Origin: a virus
Lineage: Duplodnaviria > Caudoviricetes
Strand: one strand, 5' to 3'
Virus record (IMG/VR): IMGVR_UViG_3300029288_000097
Coordinates: 49,977-113,976 of that record
Length of the DNA stretch: 64,000 nt
Positions within the stretch are counted from its first letter, which is position 1; every line of letters starts with the position of its first letter. Below the pieces are notes generated by a model. The model was not told the DNA's origin. It ran no database searches and saw only the letters and a list, made by a program, of their open reading frames with translations. This document shows, piece by piece, positions 28,757-39,724 of the stretch. The position numbers and the translations under genes are program-made.

Positions 28757-31405
28757 ATGCCAACAATCAATGACAGCTTACGAGATGGACGGGGTATTAA
28801 GATACTTGATACCCAATTAGACAGCACTGCCAACCAGGTAGGAAGATATGATCTTCTCTATCATACCAATGGCAACGTCTATATCGTTTTCGCTCGTAAT
28901 TGCCAAACTTATGCGTCTGGAGCTGTTGCTGACCGCCAGATTTGGGCCGCTGTTTCTGCCGATGGAGGTACAACATTCTCAACTCCAGTGCAGATCACCA
29001 ATCGAACTGGTTACTGGCATGATTACCCATGCATATGCCAAATCGAACCGGATGACATTGATTCTCCGATTGGGGTCATATACCAGTCTGCTTCTAATTG
29101 GAACAGCACATACAGTGCTGCTCAAAATAAACCAATTCCATACAGATTTCTTATTGACACTGATCTAAATAGAATCAGTCCTATAGATGTATTAACCAAC
29201 TATATGTCTGATTGTTCAGAAGGATCATTACTCCGAGCCAGTAATAGTTTTATCTACTTTACACTTAGTAGCACAGATGACGCTTTTTACATATGGGAAA
29301 ATCAAATTGTTGAGTTAAACTCGGCTGATGGCTTCCTTGATAATGCATGGACACGTCGATATGTGTCAAACTTTGGTGGAACAAACGATGTATTATCCTT
29401 TCAAGTTCGCATTCTAAGTAATGGCGATCTTCTGATGGTATTTGCGGGCAAGACCGCTTCTACAGGAGACTTAGAACTCACAAATCTGTTTTATACAATC
29501 TCAGCAGATGAAGGTTATACATGGAGCACCCCAGTTGCATTAACCAGTTACACAGGCACACCCGCCATCGACATTGTAGGGCTCACAAGTGTGCTGGCTA
29601 CTGATGCAGCACAACTATCTGATGGCTCTATTGCTATTGCGTTCCAAGAAGGTATTCCACCACAATCGATAGGCTACTACAGTTCTCCATCTTATAGCAT
29701 TGGTTCATATGGACGAACACCAGTAGTGCTCAATGGGCATAATTATATGCTTCTTCCCGTCTCCTCGGGTACTATTAGTGGCTTAAACGTTTATGATTTG
29801 ACCACACAAACAATACTACTTAGAATCACAACATCGAGCACTCCTCCTGTATGGAGCCAATCAATATACCGAATTGCTGTGAGTCCTGATGAAAAATATC
29901 TTGCTGTTGCAACAGATTTAAGTCTGGATATTTTTCATATCGAAGACTCAAATCCTGCCAACTGGACAGTAACCAGCCTACGCACTACAACTACACCAGC
30001 CTTACGCGGTAGCACAATCTATTGGGTTGAGTTTGTAGATGATACAACGCTTCTTTTTGCTTATTCATCTTCGGGCACATCATATGTATGGGGTGGCAAA
30101 GTAGATGTGACAAACATTGCTGGAGGAATTACAGACCTCTACAGTGCCGGTCGAAGTGTAACAGGTTTTAGCTATCCAACCATGCTTACGCCTTACATCG
30201 ATGCCACAAATGATCGAGTATATGTATCAGGTGGATCAGCTATATGGAAGACAAAAATATCAGATGGAACAGCAGACTATGGCTTATCTATTAGCACTTC
30301 CGGGTTAGAGTTTATAACTTATGATTCAGTAAATAATCAATATGTGATAGCTGGTTCATCTGGCATCTACAGATATTCAGACACAGGATCAACTTTCTCA
30401 TTCATTGATTCAATAACATTAACGTCTACACCAAACATGCTACCTGCTAATATCTATTCTGCTATTGCTTACCCTGATAGTGGCATAATGTTTCACTTTA
30501 ATGTGGCTCCTGGTTGGTATGATTTTGTCACACGGCAGTGCATTGGTCCGTTAATTAGTACAAACGATGATCTACTAGGGCTTCGACAGTACTCAGATAA
30601 CCCTAATAATCCACCACGCTTTTGCCGAAATGGGACATGGGTCACACTTGGTGGTTCTGACTATGTACGTTTCTTTCCGATCTTAAACGTTGGTCGATTA
30701 CGTTGGGGCATATTCTCCTATGATCCTATCACAAAAACCTTAGACACAAGCAGTTCAGATTTCTATAATCTCGTAGATGATACATGGGTTCCAGCTGCAG
30801 ACTGCGATCAACTCGTAATCCCTAAAATATGCCCTGCACCAAGCGATAATGTGGTCTTGGCTGCATTCCGATACCAACCAGGGCATATCGGTGGACGTGC
30901 TTTAGCTTTTGTCACAGGTGTTATGAATCTGGAGCATCAGCAGCTCAGTATGCGAGCTTCTATCGCTAAACGTGAACCAGCTGAAACTACCACAATGCGT
31001 GGCCGAATTGCACAAACTACAATCAGAACTCTCGGAATGAAAGCACAAATCCATATGGCTCAGTGTCTTAAAATGCGTGCCTGGATTATCCCAGAACAAA
31101 CACAGACATGCACTATGCGTGCTTCAATCCGAGCACTGAAATCCCAAAGCTGGTCAATGCAATTTACTGTCCAACAGCTCGTGAAAACTCGTAGATTCCG
31201 ATTGCGGTTCACAGTCAATACGGGGTATACTGGTAATTGGCAGATGACGATGCGTGCCAAGATTCTTGGCTACAACTACTACCGTTTCACAGGACATTTC
31301 ATAGTTACAGCATCACCGGCTACTACCGGTGCATATTCATTCACTGTCGATACATCTGGACGTAGAATGTTGACAATGAAAGCTTATATAGGATCACCAG
31401 CATGA
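28757..31405 (+). CDS. paralogous Asp-box beta-propeller tail protein with C-terminal RARI-type repeats
   Basis: SADGGTTF, SADEGYTW; DLL.HTNGN.Y and STPPVWS shared with the previous ORF. Confidence 0.7.
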   Translation: MPTINDSLRDGRGIKILDTQLDSTANQVGRYDLLYHTNGNVYIVFARNCQTYASGAVADRQIWAAVSADGGTTFSTPVQITNRTGYWHDYPCICQIEPDDIDSPIGVIYQSASNWNSTYSAAQNKPIPYRFLIDTDLNRISPIDVLTNYMSDCSEGSLLRASNSFIYFTLSSTDDAFYIWENQIVELNSADGFLDNAWTRRYVSNFGGTNDVLSFQVRILSNGDLLMVFAGKTASTGDLELTNLFYTISADEGYTWSTPVALTSYTGTPAIDIVGLTSVLATDAAQLSDGSIAIAFQEGIPPQSIGYYSSPSYSIGSYGRTPVVLNGHNYMLLPVSSGTISGLNVYDLTTQTILLRITTSSTPPVWSQSIYRIAVSPDEKYLAVATDLSLDIFHIEDSNPANWTVTSLRTTTTPALRGSTIYWVEFVDDTTLLFAYSSSGTSYVWGGKVDVTNIAGGITDLYSAGRSVTGFSYPTMLTPYIDATNDRVYVSGGSAIWKTKISDGTADYGLSISTSGLEFITYDSVNNQYVIAGSSGIYRYSDTGSTFSFIDSITLTSTPNMLPANIYSAIAYPDSGIMFHFNVAPGWYDFVTRQCIGPLISTNDDLLGLRQYSDNPNNPPRFCRNGTWVTLGGSDYVRFFPILNVGRLRWGIFSYDPITKTLDTSSSDFYNLVDDTWVPAADCDQLVIPKICPAPSDNVVLAAFRYQPGHIGGRALAFVTGVMNLEHQQLSMRASIAKREPAETTTMRGRIAQTTIRTLGMKAQIHMAQCLKMRAWIIPEQTQTCTMRASIRALKSQSWSMQFTVQQLVKTRRFRLRFTVNTGYTGNWQMTMRAKILGYNYYRFTGHFIVTASPATTGAYSFTVDTSGRRMLTMKAYIGSPA

Positions 31406-33234
31406 GCCAGGACTTAAACATAATTGAAGTATCTATAGAAGACTCACTTGGTCAAATAGCCAAAACTTGCACATTAACTTTGGCTCCGGCTTCTGCTGTC
31501 ACTGCACCAGTTGCAGAGTTTGGACGCCCTGGCGATACTCCACGCCTATGCTCAACTGATATACGACCTAATGGCGTGATATTCGATATTGTGGCTGGCT
31601 ACGGAGGCGTTGTCCCTCATGTAATCTTTAGTGGCTCTATCGAATATATGGATGATCTTGATGATGCCGAAGCTATGACATTCAAAATCATCCTATCAGA
31701 AGTTCCAAGAGGTTTTCCTCATAGGCAAAAACGAAGTGCTGTCTGGAATATGACTGATAAAGGCGAAGACAGCATGGAGGCTGTAAGTGCTCACCAGGTT
31801 TTATCCACAATCTGTGGAAAGGCTGGTATTGGCGTAGGTCGATGTGACTTCCCAGACTATAATATCTGGGGTACATACGAAGTGGCCCAACAATCTCCCA
31901 TAGAAGTGGCTCAAAGTCTTTATGGCCCATTCAATATCAGTGACCATTTGAAATACTTTACTCGAATCGATAGAAATGGTCTGAATGTCATTGCCGTCAA
32001 CTACGCCAAAGCATCTGGTATAGCACACTACGAGCCCGCTTCACTGCTTAAAAGACAATCACACTATGAAGTATTTGTGCCCGAAATCACCAACAATGGT
32101 GACATCCTACTCACTGGTGGAGATCGTTACACGAATAAAGCTGATGCTTTAGGGCATTGGGAAGTAGACTGTTATCATACTTACTATGAAAACTCCTCCG
32201 ATCTGACAGAAGGTGCCGGTGTCACTCGTGAGACAGAGAAATGGTCAGATTTTCAATTCAGAGTTGAGCTTACTATCCAAAAAGAAGTAATAGGAGACAA
32301 CACCACAATCAATATCCCAGCCATTCCCGGTGGAGATATTGATACCGTAGTTGCGGCAGTAAAAAATGGTGATTTTGATACATGCACCATTCTTGAAAGC
32401 TTTTGCACTCATATATTCGAGCAAGTATCAGGTGATATTCGTGGCAGCTATATGGTAATGCAGGAACGCGAGACCAATGTTACCTATGAAGAGAAAAACT
32501 TCAATGGAAACGGTATGCTTGCAACTTCTTTTATGGATACTACGAAACTTGTCCCGACTTATGATGAGATGGTAGAATCCCATAGCTGTGGTGATGGATT
32601 AGCTCCAACACATATGGTGCGAAACTGGTACTTCTATGATGAAGTAGGATCACCGTCTGCAACTGTTACAGCCGAATATTATTATGCCCGAGGGTGGCAT
32701 CTAGCAAAGACCAGTGTTCAAAGTGGTGAGAACATGGGTATGACTAATGCTCAGATTCAGTTCTACCTAAATGCCTGGAATGCTTTAGAGAATCCACCTG
32801 CTGTACAGATTCCAAAGAAAGGTGTCCGATTCACCAGCAGTAAGACTCCTCTTTGTAAATACATGCTTCTTAACGGGACAAAGCTTGAACCGTTAATTAT
32901 GCCCAAACTTCAAGCAAATCAGTCGTTTATCATAGACGAAGCATACTGGGCTGCTCTTGCAAAGTCACGTGCTGCAAAACAAATCAGTGGTCCTGGTATG
33001 GATTATGGTGGTCTTGGTAAAATCTGGAGTATAGTAACACAAGCTATGGCTTACCATACAGGTAGTTTCTACTGGCTCGTTGTCTCCGGGACTTACAGTA
33101 TTGACACAACTCCTGTAGTTGGGGAATCAATCAAAGTAGGTGGAGCTGCTGGCATTTGTGAATCATATAAGCATATGATTACATCAGATGAAGCAATCAC
33201 ACAAATTACACTAAGGAGGCTGGCATCAGACTAA
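31402..33234 (+). CDS. putative tail hub/baseplate protein
   Basis: N-terminus IIEVSIEDSLGQIAKTCTLTL..IFSGSIE resembles hub proteins; synteny. Confidence 0.5.
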   Translation: MSQDLNIIEVSIEDSLGQIAKTCTLTLAPASAVTAPVAEFGRPGDTPRLCSTDIRPNGVIFDIVAGYGGVVPHVIFSGSIEYMDDLDDAEAMTFKIILSEVPRGFPHRQKRSAVWNMTDKGEDSMEAVSAHQVLSTICGKAGIGVGRCDFPDYNIWGTYEVAQQSPIEVAQSLYGPFNISDHLKYFTRIDRNGLNVIAVNYAKASGIAHYEPASLLKRQSHYEVFVPEITNNGDILLTGGDRYTNKADALGHWEVDCYHTYYENSSDLTEGAGVTRETEKWSDFQFRVELTIQKEVIGDNTTINIPAIPGGDIDTVVAAVKNGDFDTCTILESFCTHIFEQVSGDIRGSYMVMQERETNVTYEEKNFNGNGMLATSFMDTTKLVPTYDEMVESHSCGDGLAPTHMVRNWYFYDEVGSPSATVTAEYYYARGWHLAKTSVQSGENMGMTNAQIQFYLNAWNALENPPAVQIPKKGVRFTSSKTPLCKYMLLNGTKLEPLIMPKLQANQSFIIDEAYWAALAKSRAAKQISGPGMDYGGLGKIWSIVTQAMAYHTGSFYWLVVSGTYSIDTTPVVGESIKVGGAAGICESYKHMITSDEAITQITLRRLASD

Positions 33235-33425
33235 TGGCTGACCAACTCTTAGAATACGGCATAGTTATCGCTTTAAGCAAAAATCCTGACTGGTGTACTA
33301 TCACAGACGGTTACTTCAGTGCGTCAGCATATATCTCAAGCGGAGTAACTGTTCAAGTAGGTAAAAGCTACATGGTCCATAAACGTGGCACTACTTACTA
33401 CATAGGTCAGGAGATTCAAAGCTAA
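33234..33425 (+). CDS. small tail-associated protein
   Basis: Coupled to both neighbours. Confidence 0.5.
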   Translation: MADQLLEYGIVIALSKNPDWCTITDGYFSASAYISSGVTVQVGKSYMVHKRGTTYYIGQEIQS

Positions 33426-36400
33426 ATGAGCGATCCAGTCGTATGTAAAATATGCGGTTTTGCAAAAGAATCAACCGCAAAAGAACAGACACAGGCTGTT
33501 AAGAGTCAGGAAGATGAAAGTACTGAAGCTTTAACAGGTGGATTTAACCGTGCCTACCACAAAGCAGACGCAGCCATCGTTTTTGTCTTGGGTTATAAAA
33601 CCAAAGATGGTGGCGTAAAAACTCGACAAATAGACGTTTTCTCTGCCATGAATGGCTATCATATTCGCTCAATGCCTGATCGCCGATACCGTAATCCTGT
33701 AATGGTTGGTGGTGGCGACAACTTCATTGCTGTTGTAGATCGCTTCCAGGATACCGATGTCATCCGAATCACGGATAAATACTTTGGTCTTACTGAAGAT
33801 GACTTCGATGACTATGGTCTTCCTCGGGAAGAAATAGACCTTGATAAAGTCGATGATCTACTGCAAGTTACAACACCCCAGGGCAGCCGAGTGACCGGAC
33901 TTACCATCCTTCCCCGTGGGATTTTAATAGCTAACATCACAAAAGAAGATGGTATCCCACGCTACATCAAAGTTGATGTACGCACAACTTTAGGACAAGA
34001 CACACAGCCTGGTTTCAATGGTATAGATACCCTGACAGACCCTTTCTATTCGTGGGGTAACATGATAGGGGCTCCGGCTCCATATGACATTGCTCTCGGC
34101 TCCAGTATGCTTCTCTTTGCTACAATCATAAGTGATGGTCAAGATAAACATGGAGTAGCCATAGTTGATCTTACATTGGGTGAAGTAATAGCCTATGTCG
34201 GTTTACCAAGTAAGTATACACCTCTTCAGGTATCACACGGGCAAGGAGTTATCCATGTTCTTGTAAAAGATGAAGATGCACCGGTATCTGATAACGAGAC
34301 TGATCCTACGTTCGGTAATAAAGTTCTCCGTATCCCAGTCATCTATGGAAATTACATGCTCTCTGGCGGTCTTGAAAACGATGCTATGATTCTGGAACCG
34401 CAAGACTACCAAGTTTCAAAAACCTATCAGGTTAAAGATGCTGCGAGTGAACAAGACACAGATTTACCCGCTTACATAGAAGGTGCTCGTCAACTGAATA
34501 GCAACTATGATGTCGATGCAATCGGAGACAAGGTGACAGCCGAAGATATAAGTGTAACGGCCCCTAGCGGCCTCTCAGAGGGCCAAAATACGGCTTCTAG
34601 CACAGAGCTTGCCTCCAGACCTCAGACCACGGATTCTGATGCAGCAAGCAACACCTATGACGATTCTCGAAATATACCTGTGAAAGTTATCACTCTACCT
34701 GATGACAGACGCATATTTGCTATCGGAACTGTTGGAAATACATTAGTTGAGGGTGGTTATGCATGGGATGAGGCTAATACAGAAGACCCCAGAGACACCA
34801 GCAAACCTCTCTTCTTCGTATTTCACAATTCACACTATGACTATCTGTCTGATGGTGGATTCATCTACGGTTGCGTAAAAGAGGTAAATAAAACTGATGC
34901 AAGTGGAAACGTAATCAACGGCTCCGATGGAGAACCTGAAACTGAATATAAAAGTGTAGTTGTCACAAACGATTTCACTCCAATAGCTATGGGATTCGAT
35001 AACCAAGCCGTCCCTGGTGTGCTACGCACTTTACCTGACATGGGTGTGGTCTTAGTCGATGCAAAAACAAATCGTCCTATGTATCGGCATCCAAAAAATC
35101 TTGGAGTAAAAGTCTATGCTGGCTCATACGCCAGTGCTCAATACACTGATGAGAATAAAGTCATTCGTTCAGTATGTTCCGATGAAGCTGACAGTTTGGC
35201 TACTACATTAGATGGCATCACACGACCTATAACGCCACCAGCAGCTCGAAAACCAGAACGCGATCCTACACCGCATGAAATACCTGGTTATGATCCAGAC
35301 TACTATCCTGTAGAAGCCTATGGAAATGCACACGAGTATGATATGCCTTTTGAGGTATTAAGCAGAAGTGTGGTGCCTGGCAGTGATAAAGCTCTTGTCC
35401 AGCTGGCTCATAGTTCATGGAGTATGCGTGAAGATAACATAGCAGCTATCACTCCCGCCTTACTCCCTGAATGGCGTGATGGCCTTATATTTGATATGGA
35501 GCCAGTTGTCACTATCGACAAAAACTCAGAAAATGGCGAGACATTCTGGGAAAAAGGGTCTTCATCCAATGATCCAAGTTTTGTCGCTACAGCAGCCGGT
35601 GGTTTCTGGTTCCTTGACTTACTCAAAGTCCGCACTCGTTTGAAAGACGAATATGAAGAAGACCTTATAGAGCTACAAGAGCAGCTTCAGACTCTCCAGG
35701 ATCAAAAACAAGCCTATGAAGATGAATTGAACGGTGATCCAGCTCCTACTAATGAGCGAAAAACACAACTTCAGAGTCTTATAACGAGCATAGAAAATCA
35801 AATTACATCTGTTGAAAACCAGATCGATGCAAAAAAAGATGCCATAGCTGAGTGTGGTGATGACTACGACAGTAATCCAGTAATGTTTCGCACTCCCCGG
35901 AATATCTTAAACAAAGTCTACAAGCTGGATGCTCATAATGCACAGACCATTGATCCTATAGAAGGCACTCAAAACATCAAAAGTGTCACTCCCATTGATG
36001 AAGGAAATGGTGCATGGGATTCCTGTAATGTTGAGATAGTTCGACACGATACTGAACTGAACACAGACGTAACCGAAACAAAAGAATGCGGCATTCTTGT
36101 TGATCCCGGCATCCGTAGTTGGATTGGTCTCGATGTCAAATGTAATTACTGGGGAGTCTTTGTAAATGGTATAGCTGGCTACTCTTTCGATGAGACCATA
36201 GAAAACGGTCTTGGCCGATGTGCTGGCACAAATAGAGTATATTCACACTCACCCGGAGATAATCCCTTTGATTGGGTTGATGGTAGCATCTATGAAGCTG
36301 GTTACATTTGCAGCCCATGGGGAGATGGTGCCTGGGGTCGATTTGAAGTACTTGTCGAGTTTAATGGTAAGCCAGCCAAGAAAATAGCAACCAGAGTTAC

Positions 36401-36956
36401 CTACTATGAACAGCTATATGATCTGGCTCCATCTGAATTACAAACTCGTCTTATGGCTGATATGTTGGTCGAAGATGATGTAGAGAATGGATTTCACGAT
36501 GGAAAAGTCTATTATTCTGACGAGATAATCGATGAAGTCCGTATCCGTATACGGTTAGTCAACTATGCTACCGATGTCTTTATGATCGGCTTCAAAACGC
36601 TCTCTATCGATCATCCTTGGTGGTGGAACTGTCCTGGATATGATCCAGGGTATCTGGCAGGTAATAACTGTGAAGCCATGGGTTGTGGTAATCTTACGTG
36701 CACATCTCTGATGTTTGGTGGCGATCATAAGCTCTACCCAGCCCAAGAGTCAATACCACTGACACGACAGCTTATATGGGAAGGTGAGGCCACATATACC
36801 ATCAAAGATTCTGACAATCCTTATCTTCAGGATGGTTTACAAGTTGGTTATTTTATGGACTGTTATTTCAATTTTGATCTTATGGCACCTATGACAGCTT
36901 ATCGTGTTGACATCAGTGAAGATACATACAAACCCGGCGAAACAACAGGGCTATAA
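33426..36956 (+). CDS. large acidic tail tip protein with central coiled coil
   Basis: 1176 aa; heptad segment LIELQEQLQTLQDQK...IDAKKDAI. Confidence 0.6.
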   Translation: MSDPVVCKICGFAKESTAKEQTQAVKSQEDESTEALTGGFNRAYHKADAAIVFVLGYKTKDGGVKTRQIDVFSAMNGYHIRSMPDRRYRNPVMVGGGDNFIAVVDRFQDTDVIRITDKYFGLTEDDFDDYGLPREEIDLDKVDDLLQVTTPQGSRVTGLTILPRGILIANITKEDGIPRYIKVDVRTTLGQDTQPGFNGIDTLTDPFYSWGNMIGAPAPYDIALGSSMLLFATIISDGQDKHGVAIVDLTLGEVIAYVGLPSKYTPLQVSHGQGVIHVLVKDEDAPVSDNETDPTFGNKVLRIPVIYGNYMLSGGLENDAMILEPQDYQVSKTYQVKDAASEQDTDLPAYIEGARQLNSNYDVDAIGDKVTAEDISVTAPSGLSEGQNTASSTELASRPQTTDSDAASNTYDDSRNIPVKVITLPDDRRIFAIGTVGNTLVEGGYAWDEANTEDPRDTSKPLFFVFHNSHYDYLSDGGFIYGCVKEVNKTDASGNVINGSDGEPETEYKSVVVTNDFTPIAMGFDNQAVPGVLRTLPDMGVVLVDAKTNRPMYRHPKNLGVKVYAGSYASAQYTDENKVIRSVCSDEADSLATTLDGITRPITPPAARKPERDPTPHEIPGYDPDYYPVEAYGNAHEYDMPFEVLSRSVVPGSDKALVQLAHSSWSMREDNIAAITPALLPEWRDGLIFDMEPVVTIDKNSENGETFWEKGSSSNDPSFVATAAGGFWFLDLLKVRTRLKDEYEEDLIELQEQLQTLQDQKQAYEDELNGDPAPTNERKTQLQSLITSIENQITSVENQIDAKKDAIAECGDDYDSNPVMFRTPRNILNKVYKLDAHNAQTIDPIEGTQNIKSVTPIDEGNGAWDSCNVEIVRHDTELNTDVTETKECGILVDPGIRSWIGLDVKCNYWGVFVNGIAGYSFDETIENGLGRCAGTNRVYSHSPGDNPFDWVDGSIYEAGYICSPWGDGAWGRFEVLVEFNGKPAKKIATRVTYYEQLYDLAPSELQTRLMADMLVEDDVENGFHDGKVYYSDEIIDEVRIRIRLVNYATDVFMIGFKTLSIDHPWWWNCPGYDPGYLAGNNCEAMGCGNLTCTSLMFGGDHKLYPAQESIPLTRQLIWEGEATYTIKDSDNPYLQDGLQVGYFMDCYFNFDLMAPMTAYRVDISEDTYKPGETTGL

Positions 36957-38221
36957 TGATACTCTATACCACATTCAATCAAATATTGGCTGCCATGGAA
37001 GACGCCACAACATACCTAAAGTGGATCGAAGATAAACTTACAGGTAATCGAAACACCTATGGCTTAGATACGCCCATTTACATCCTCGATGTGTTGAATA
37101 CTATGGGGATTCATGATGCTCTCTTACTGATGGACTGCTGTATTCAAGATGTCACTGCTATTCGGAAAATCATCGGTATAGACCTTGCACGTAATTTCCA
37201 GGGAGCATGGCAAGCTTACACCTCTGCTGGGGATATGGGCAAATTAGATAACCTACTTGTATTTGCTGAACGCTGTATGGATGCTCAAAGTGCTGATACC
37301 ACACGCTATGACTACTGTGGTGATCCTATCCCAGGCAGCGGTGATGTGACTTCAGCTCAAGTAGATACATTGATTACTCAAATAACTGCCATTTACGATG
37401 AATGGGTTTACTCTATACCAGTGCAGCCAATCTATAGCTGGACACCTGTCGGGGCTACTACGCGTACAAATGATAGCATACCAGCCTATCAGCAAGATGA
37501 ATGGGCTTATGAAACTGAAGCTTATGTAGATTGGATGAATCCTGGTAGTTCACTCAAATCGAGTGATGTTGCTTCTATGGGAAATAAAGATATTGCTCAA
37601 TCCATGGCAAATGATCCTGACACATTCTACAACATCTCCCTACAACTCCAACAGAAAATACTTGATACTACCAACTACCTTTACCAGCGAGTTAAAATCT
37701 GGCCGAGAGGTAGTGATACTATGGTTATCAACCATGAAGCACAAGCTGCTCAATATGCAGCCAAAGCAGCTATTGCAGCTGCACGTCTCGCTTCCAGGGG
37801 TATAGGCAGCCTCACAACAATTATGCTATACTGTCAACGAGCACAAGCATCTACCAACTCGGCCAACTATCGAGCAATAACTCGTGCTATGTTACGAACC
37901 AGAGAACTCGGCTCTATGATAATGCCCTATCCGGCATTCCCAGCTGATGATCCGGCTTACGATATTGAAGTGGACATCATCAATCAGGCACAGAATCTTA
38001 GGGCTTCATTGTTCCGAGACCAAGCATTCATTACCCAGTATGATGCAGATTATAACGGTGACTTGAATGCTACTGAGTTCATAGCCCTCGAAAATGGGGT
38101 AAGAACAGCTATGAAAGCAAAGGCAAAAGAACTGTCCGATGCTTATTATGCTGCACAAACTTCAGGTGGCACAGATTTAGTAGCCACGATTGACGGTATA
38201 CTCAGAGGGTATCTGGTGTAA
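36956..38221 (+). CDS. hypothetical protein
   Basis: 421 aa, coupled to the previous gene. Confidence 0.65.
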   Translation: MILYTTFNQILAAMEDATTYLKWIEDKLTGNRNTYGLDTPIYILDVLNTMGIHDALLLMDCCIQDVTAIRKIIGIDLARNFQGAWQAYTSAGDMGKLDNLLVFAERCMDAQSADTTRYDYCGDPIPGSGDVTSAQVDTLITQITAIYDEWVYSIPVQPIYSWTPVGATTRTNDSIPAYQQDEWAYETEAYVDWMNPGSSLKSSDVASMGNKDIAQSMANDPDTFYNISLQLQQKILDTTNYLYQRVKIWPRGSDTMVINHEAQAAQYAAKAAIAAARLASRGIGSLTTIMLYCQRAQASTNSANYRAITRAMLRTRELGSMIMPYPAFPADDPAYDIEVDIINQAQNLRASLFRDQAFITQYDADYNGDLNATEFIALENGVRTAMKAKAKELSDAYYAAQTSGGTDLVATIDGILRGYLV

Positions 38222-38256
38222 AATATATCTAAAGCTATTTCCAGGAGGCATCTATA

Positions 38257-38646
38257 ATGCGTCGATTGAATGAACTGCTATTACATACAAGCACGGAATA
38301 TGCAGAACTTCTCCTGGGAGTAATATCAACATTCACAGGCATTTGGCTGTGTTTCCCCGTTTGCCATGCTGGTTTCTGTGACTGGCAACTCCAACAACAT
38401 GTCCCGGAATATTGGGGTGTTATGCTCCTGATCGCTGGTCTCCTCAAACTATCTGGAATCCTCTGGTTGGTATTCAAAATCCGTCAAACTTCATGTGGGA
38501 TTGCAACTCTTGTATGGTTCTTTCTTACCTTGACCTTTTTTATGTCTAACCGACCTGAGTTCTGTACGATGGCGGCTCCTCTAACCCTTGTATTAGCCGT
38601 CTTCAACGCCCTAATCTACATCAAACTATGGATGGTAACTCGATGA
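38257..38646 (+). CDS. four-TM membrane protein (holin candidate)
   Basis: Four hydrophobic segments; AGGAGG RBS; follows the tail module. Confidence 0.5.
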   Translation: MRRLNELLLHTSTEYAELLLGVISTFTGIWLCFPVCHAGFCDWQLQQHVPEYWGVMLLIAGLLKLSGILWLVFKIRQTSCGIATLVWFFLTLTFFMSNRPEFCTMAAPLTLVLAVFNALIYIKLWMVTR

Positions 38647-39014
38647 ACTGGGAAACTCTAGTGGTGGCCCTCCTTGGTGGAGGACTCGTACAAGGCATTG
38701 CAAGTCTGGCAAGTTATTATGTAAGACGAAAAGAAATCAAAGTCACTGATGATGCTGGTGTGCGCGATTCACTTCAAAAACAAGTGGACGGTCTTATGAA
38801 AGAGCGAACCCAACTCATAGCTGAGATTGACAAACTTTCTGATCGATGTGGTGACATTGAAAAAGAAAATCGTGAGCTGAGTCGGCAAAATAGAGAGCTA
38901 AATGAGGAAATAACCAAGTTACGTAAAGAGAGTTTCGATAAAGAGTGTGAAATGACATGTAAAATCGATACTCTTAAACAAGAGGTCGAGAAACTGAAAA
39001 ATGCGTCTTGTTGA
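38643..39014 (+). CDS. N-terminal TM plus coiled-coil protein (holin/spanin-like)
   Basis: WETLVVALLGGGLVQGIASL then heptad repeats. Confidence 0.5.
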   Translation: MNWETLVVALLGGGLVQGIASLASYYVRRKEIKVTDDAGVRDSLQKQVDGLMKERTQLIAEIDKLSDRCGDIEKENRELSRQNRELNEEITKLRKESFDKECEMTCKIDTLKQEVEKLKNASC

Positions 39015-39282
39015 TCGCATAAAACGAGCTGCTACAGCCAAACTTAAGCATATTCGCTTCGATGGTAGTATCAGCACTGACATTACCCATTACTGCCCGG
39101 AATGCGGATTCCCCAAGCCGGAACGTACAGTGCTGCCCGGAGTAGATTTTGACGAGCATGGCTGGTATCAGGTAGAACAGTATACCTGTCAAAATACTGA
39201 TTGTGGTCATACTTGGAAAGAGAAAGTTATCGTTCAGGGTGGTGGCCGTGTTCACTACTATGGAGGTAATCCACGTGGCTAG
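39001..39282 (+). CDS. zinc-ribbon protein
   Basis: CPEC ... CQNTDCGH. Confidence 0.55.
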   Translation: MRLVDRIKRAATAKLKHIRFDGSISTDITHYCPECGFPKPERTVLPGVDFDEHGWYQVEQYTCQNTDCGHTWKEKVIVQGGGRVHYYGGNPRG

Positions 39283-39670
39283 AGCAACTGAACTGAAGAA
39301 TCCTGATGGATCACATGGTGGTTACTGTGTCTTTTGCCCGGCTTGTAAATGTGGGCATATGTTCGATAGTCGTTGGGAGTTCAATGGCGATATGGACAGA
39401 CCTACATTCCGACCATCTATGCTTGTCCACGAACACAAGTTTGGTAATCGTATCAGACCGGCTTGCCACTCATTCATAACCAATGGCTTTATCACATTCC
39501 TTGATGACTGTGGTCACGAACTGGCCGGACAACAAGTAGAGCTACCTGATTGGGATGAAATGGAAAAGCAGCCTTGCATCCCTTGTGAAGAATGTGCCAA
39601 AGAGCCATGCTGTGAAGATCATAAAGAAAACCCCAATGTAGTTGGCTGCATCGACGGTGTACGCCTCTAA
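39275..39670 (+). CDS. DUF6527-like Cys/His protein
   Basis: CPACKCGH, WEFNGD..RPTF.PSML, CHSFITNG.I.FL.DC.H.LAGQ.V.LPDW; GGAGG before GTG 39275. Confidence 0.65.
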   Translation: MARATELKNPDGSHGGYCVFCPACKCGHMFDSRWEFNGDMDRPTFRPSMLVHEHKFGNRIRPACHSFITNGFITFLDDCGHELAGQQVELPDWDEMEKQPCIPCEECAKEPCCEDHKENPNVVGCIDGVRL

Positions 39671-39673
39671 ATC

Positions 39674-39718
39674 CCCGCATTTGTACCAGGTGTCTCTTTC
39701 TTCGATCCATGCTATACT
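39674..39718 (+). promoter_or_regulatory. degenerate box with extended -10 promoter, leaderless
   Basis: CCCGCATTTGTACCAG ends 23 bp before TATACT (39713-39718); ATG at 39725. Confidence 0.55.
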
Positions 39719-39724
39719 GTCCCT

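Noticed and set aside
22830-31405. Diversity-generating retroelement target among the duplicated tail genes
   Set aside because: No reverse transcriptase, and no near-identical TR/VR pair differing at adenines was seen; the paralogs are broadly diverged.
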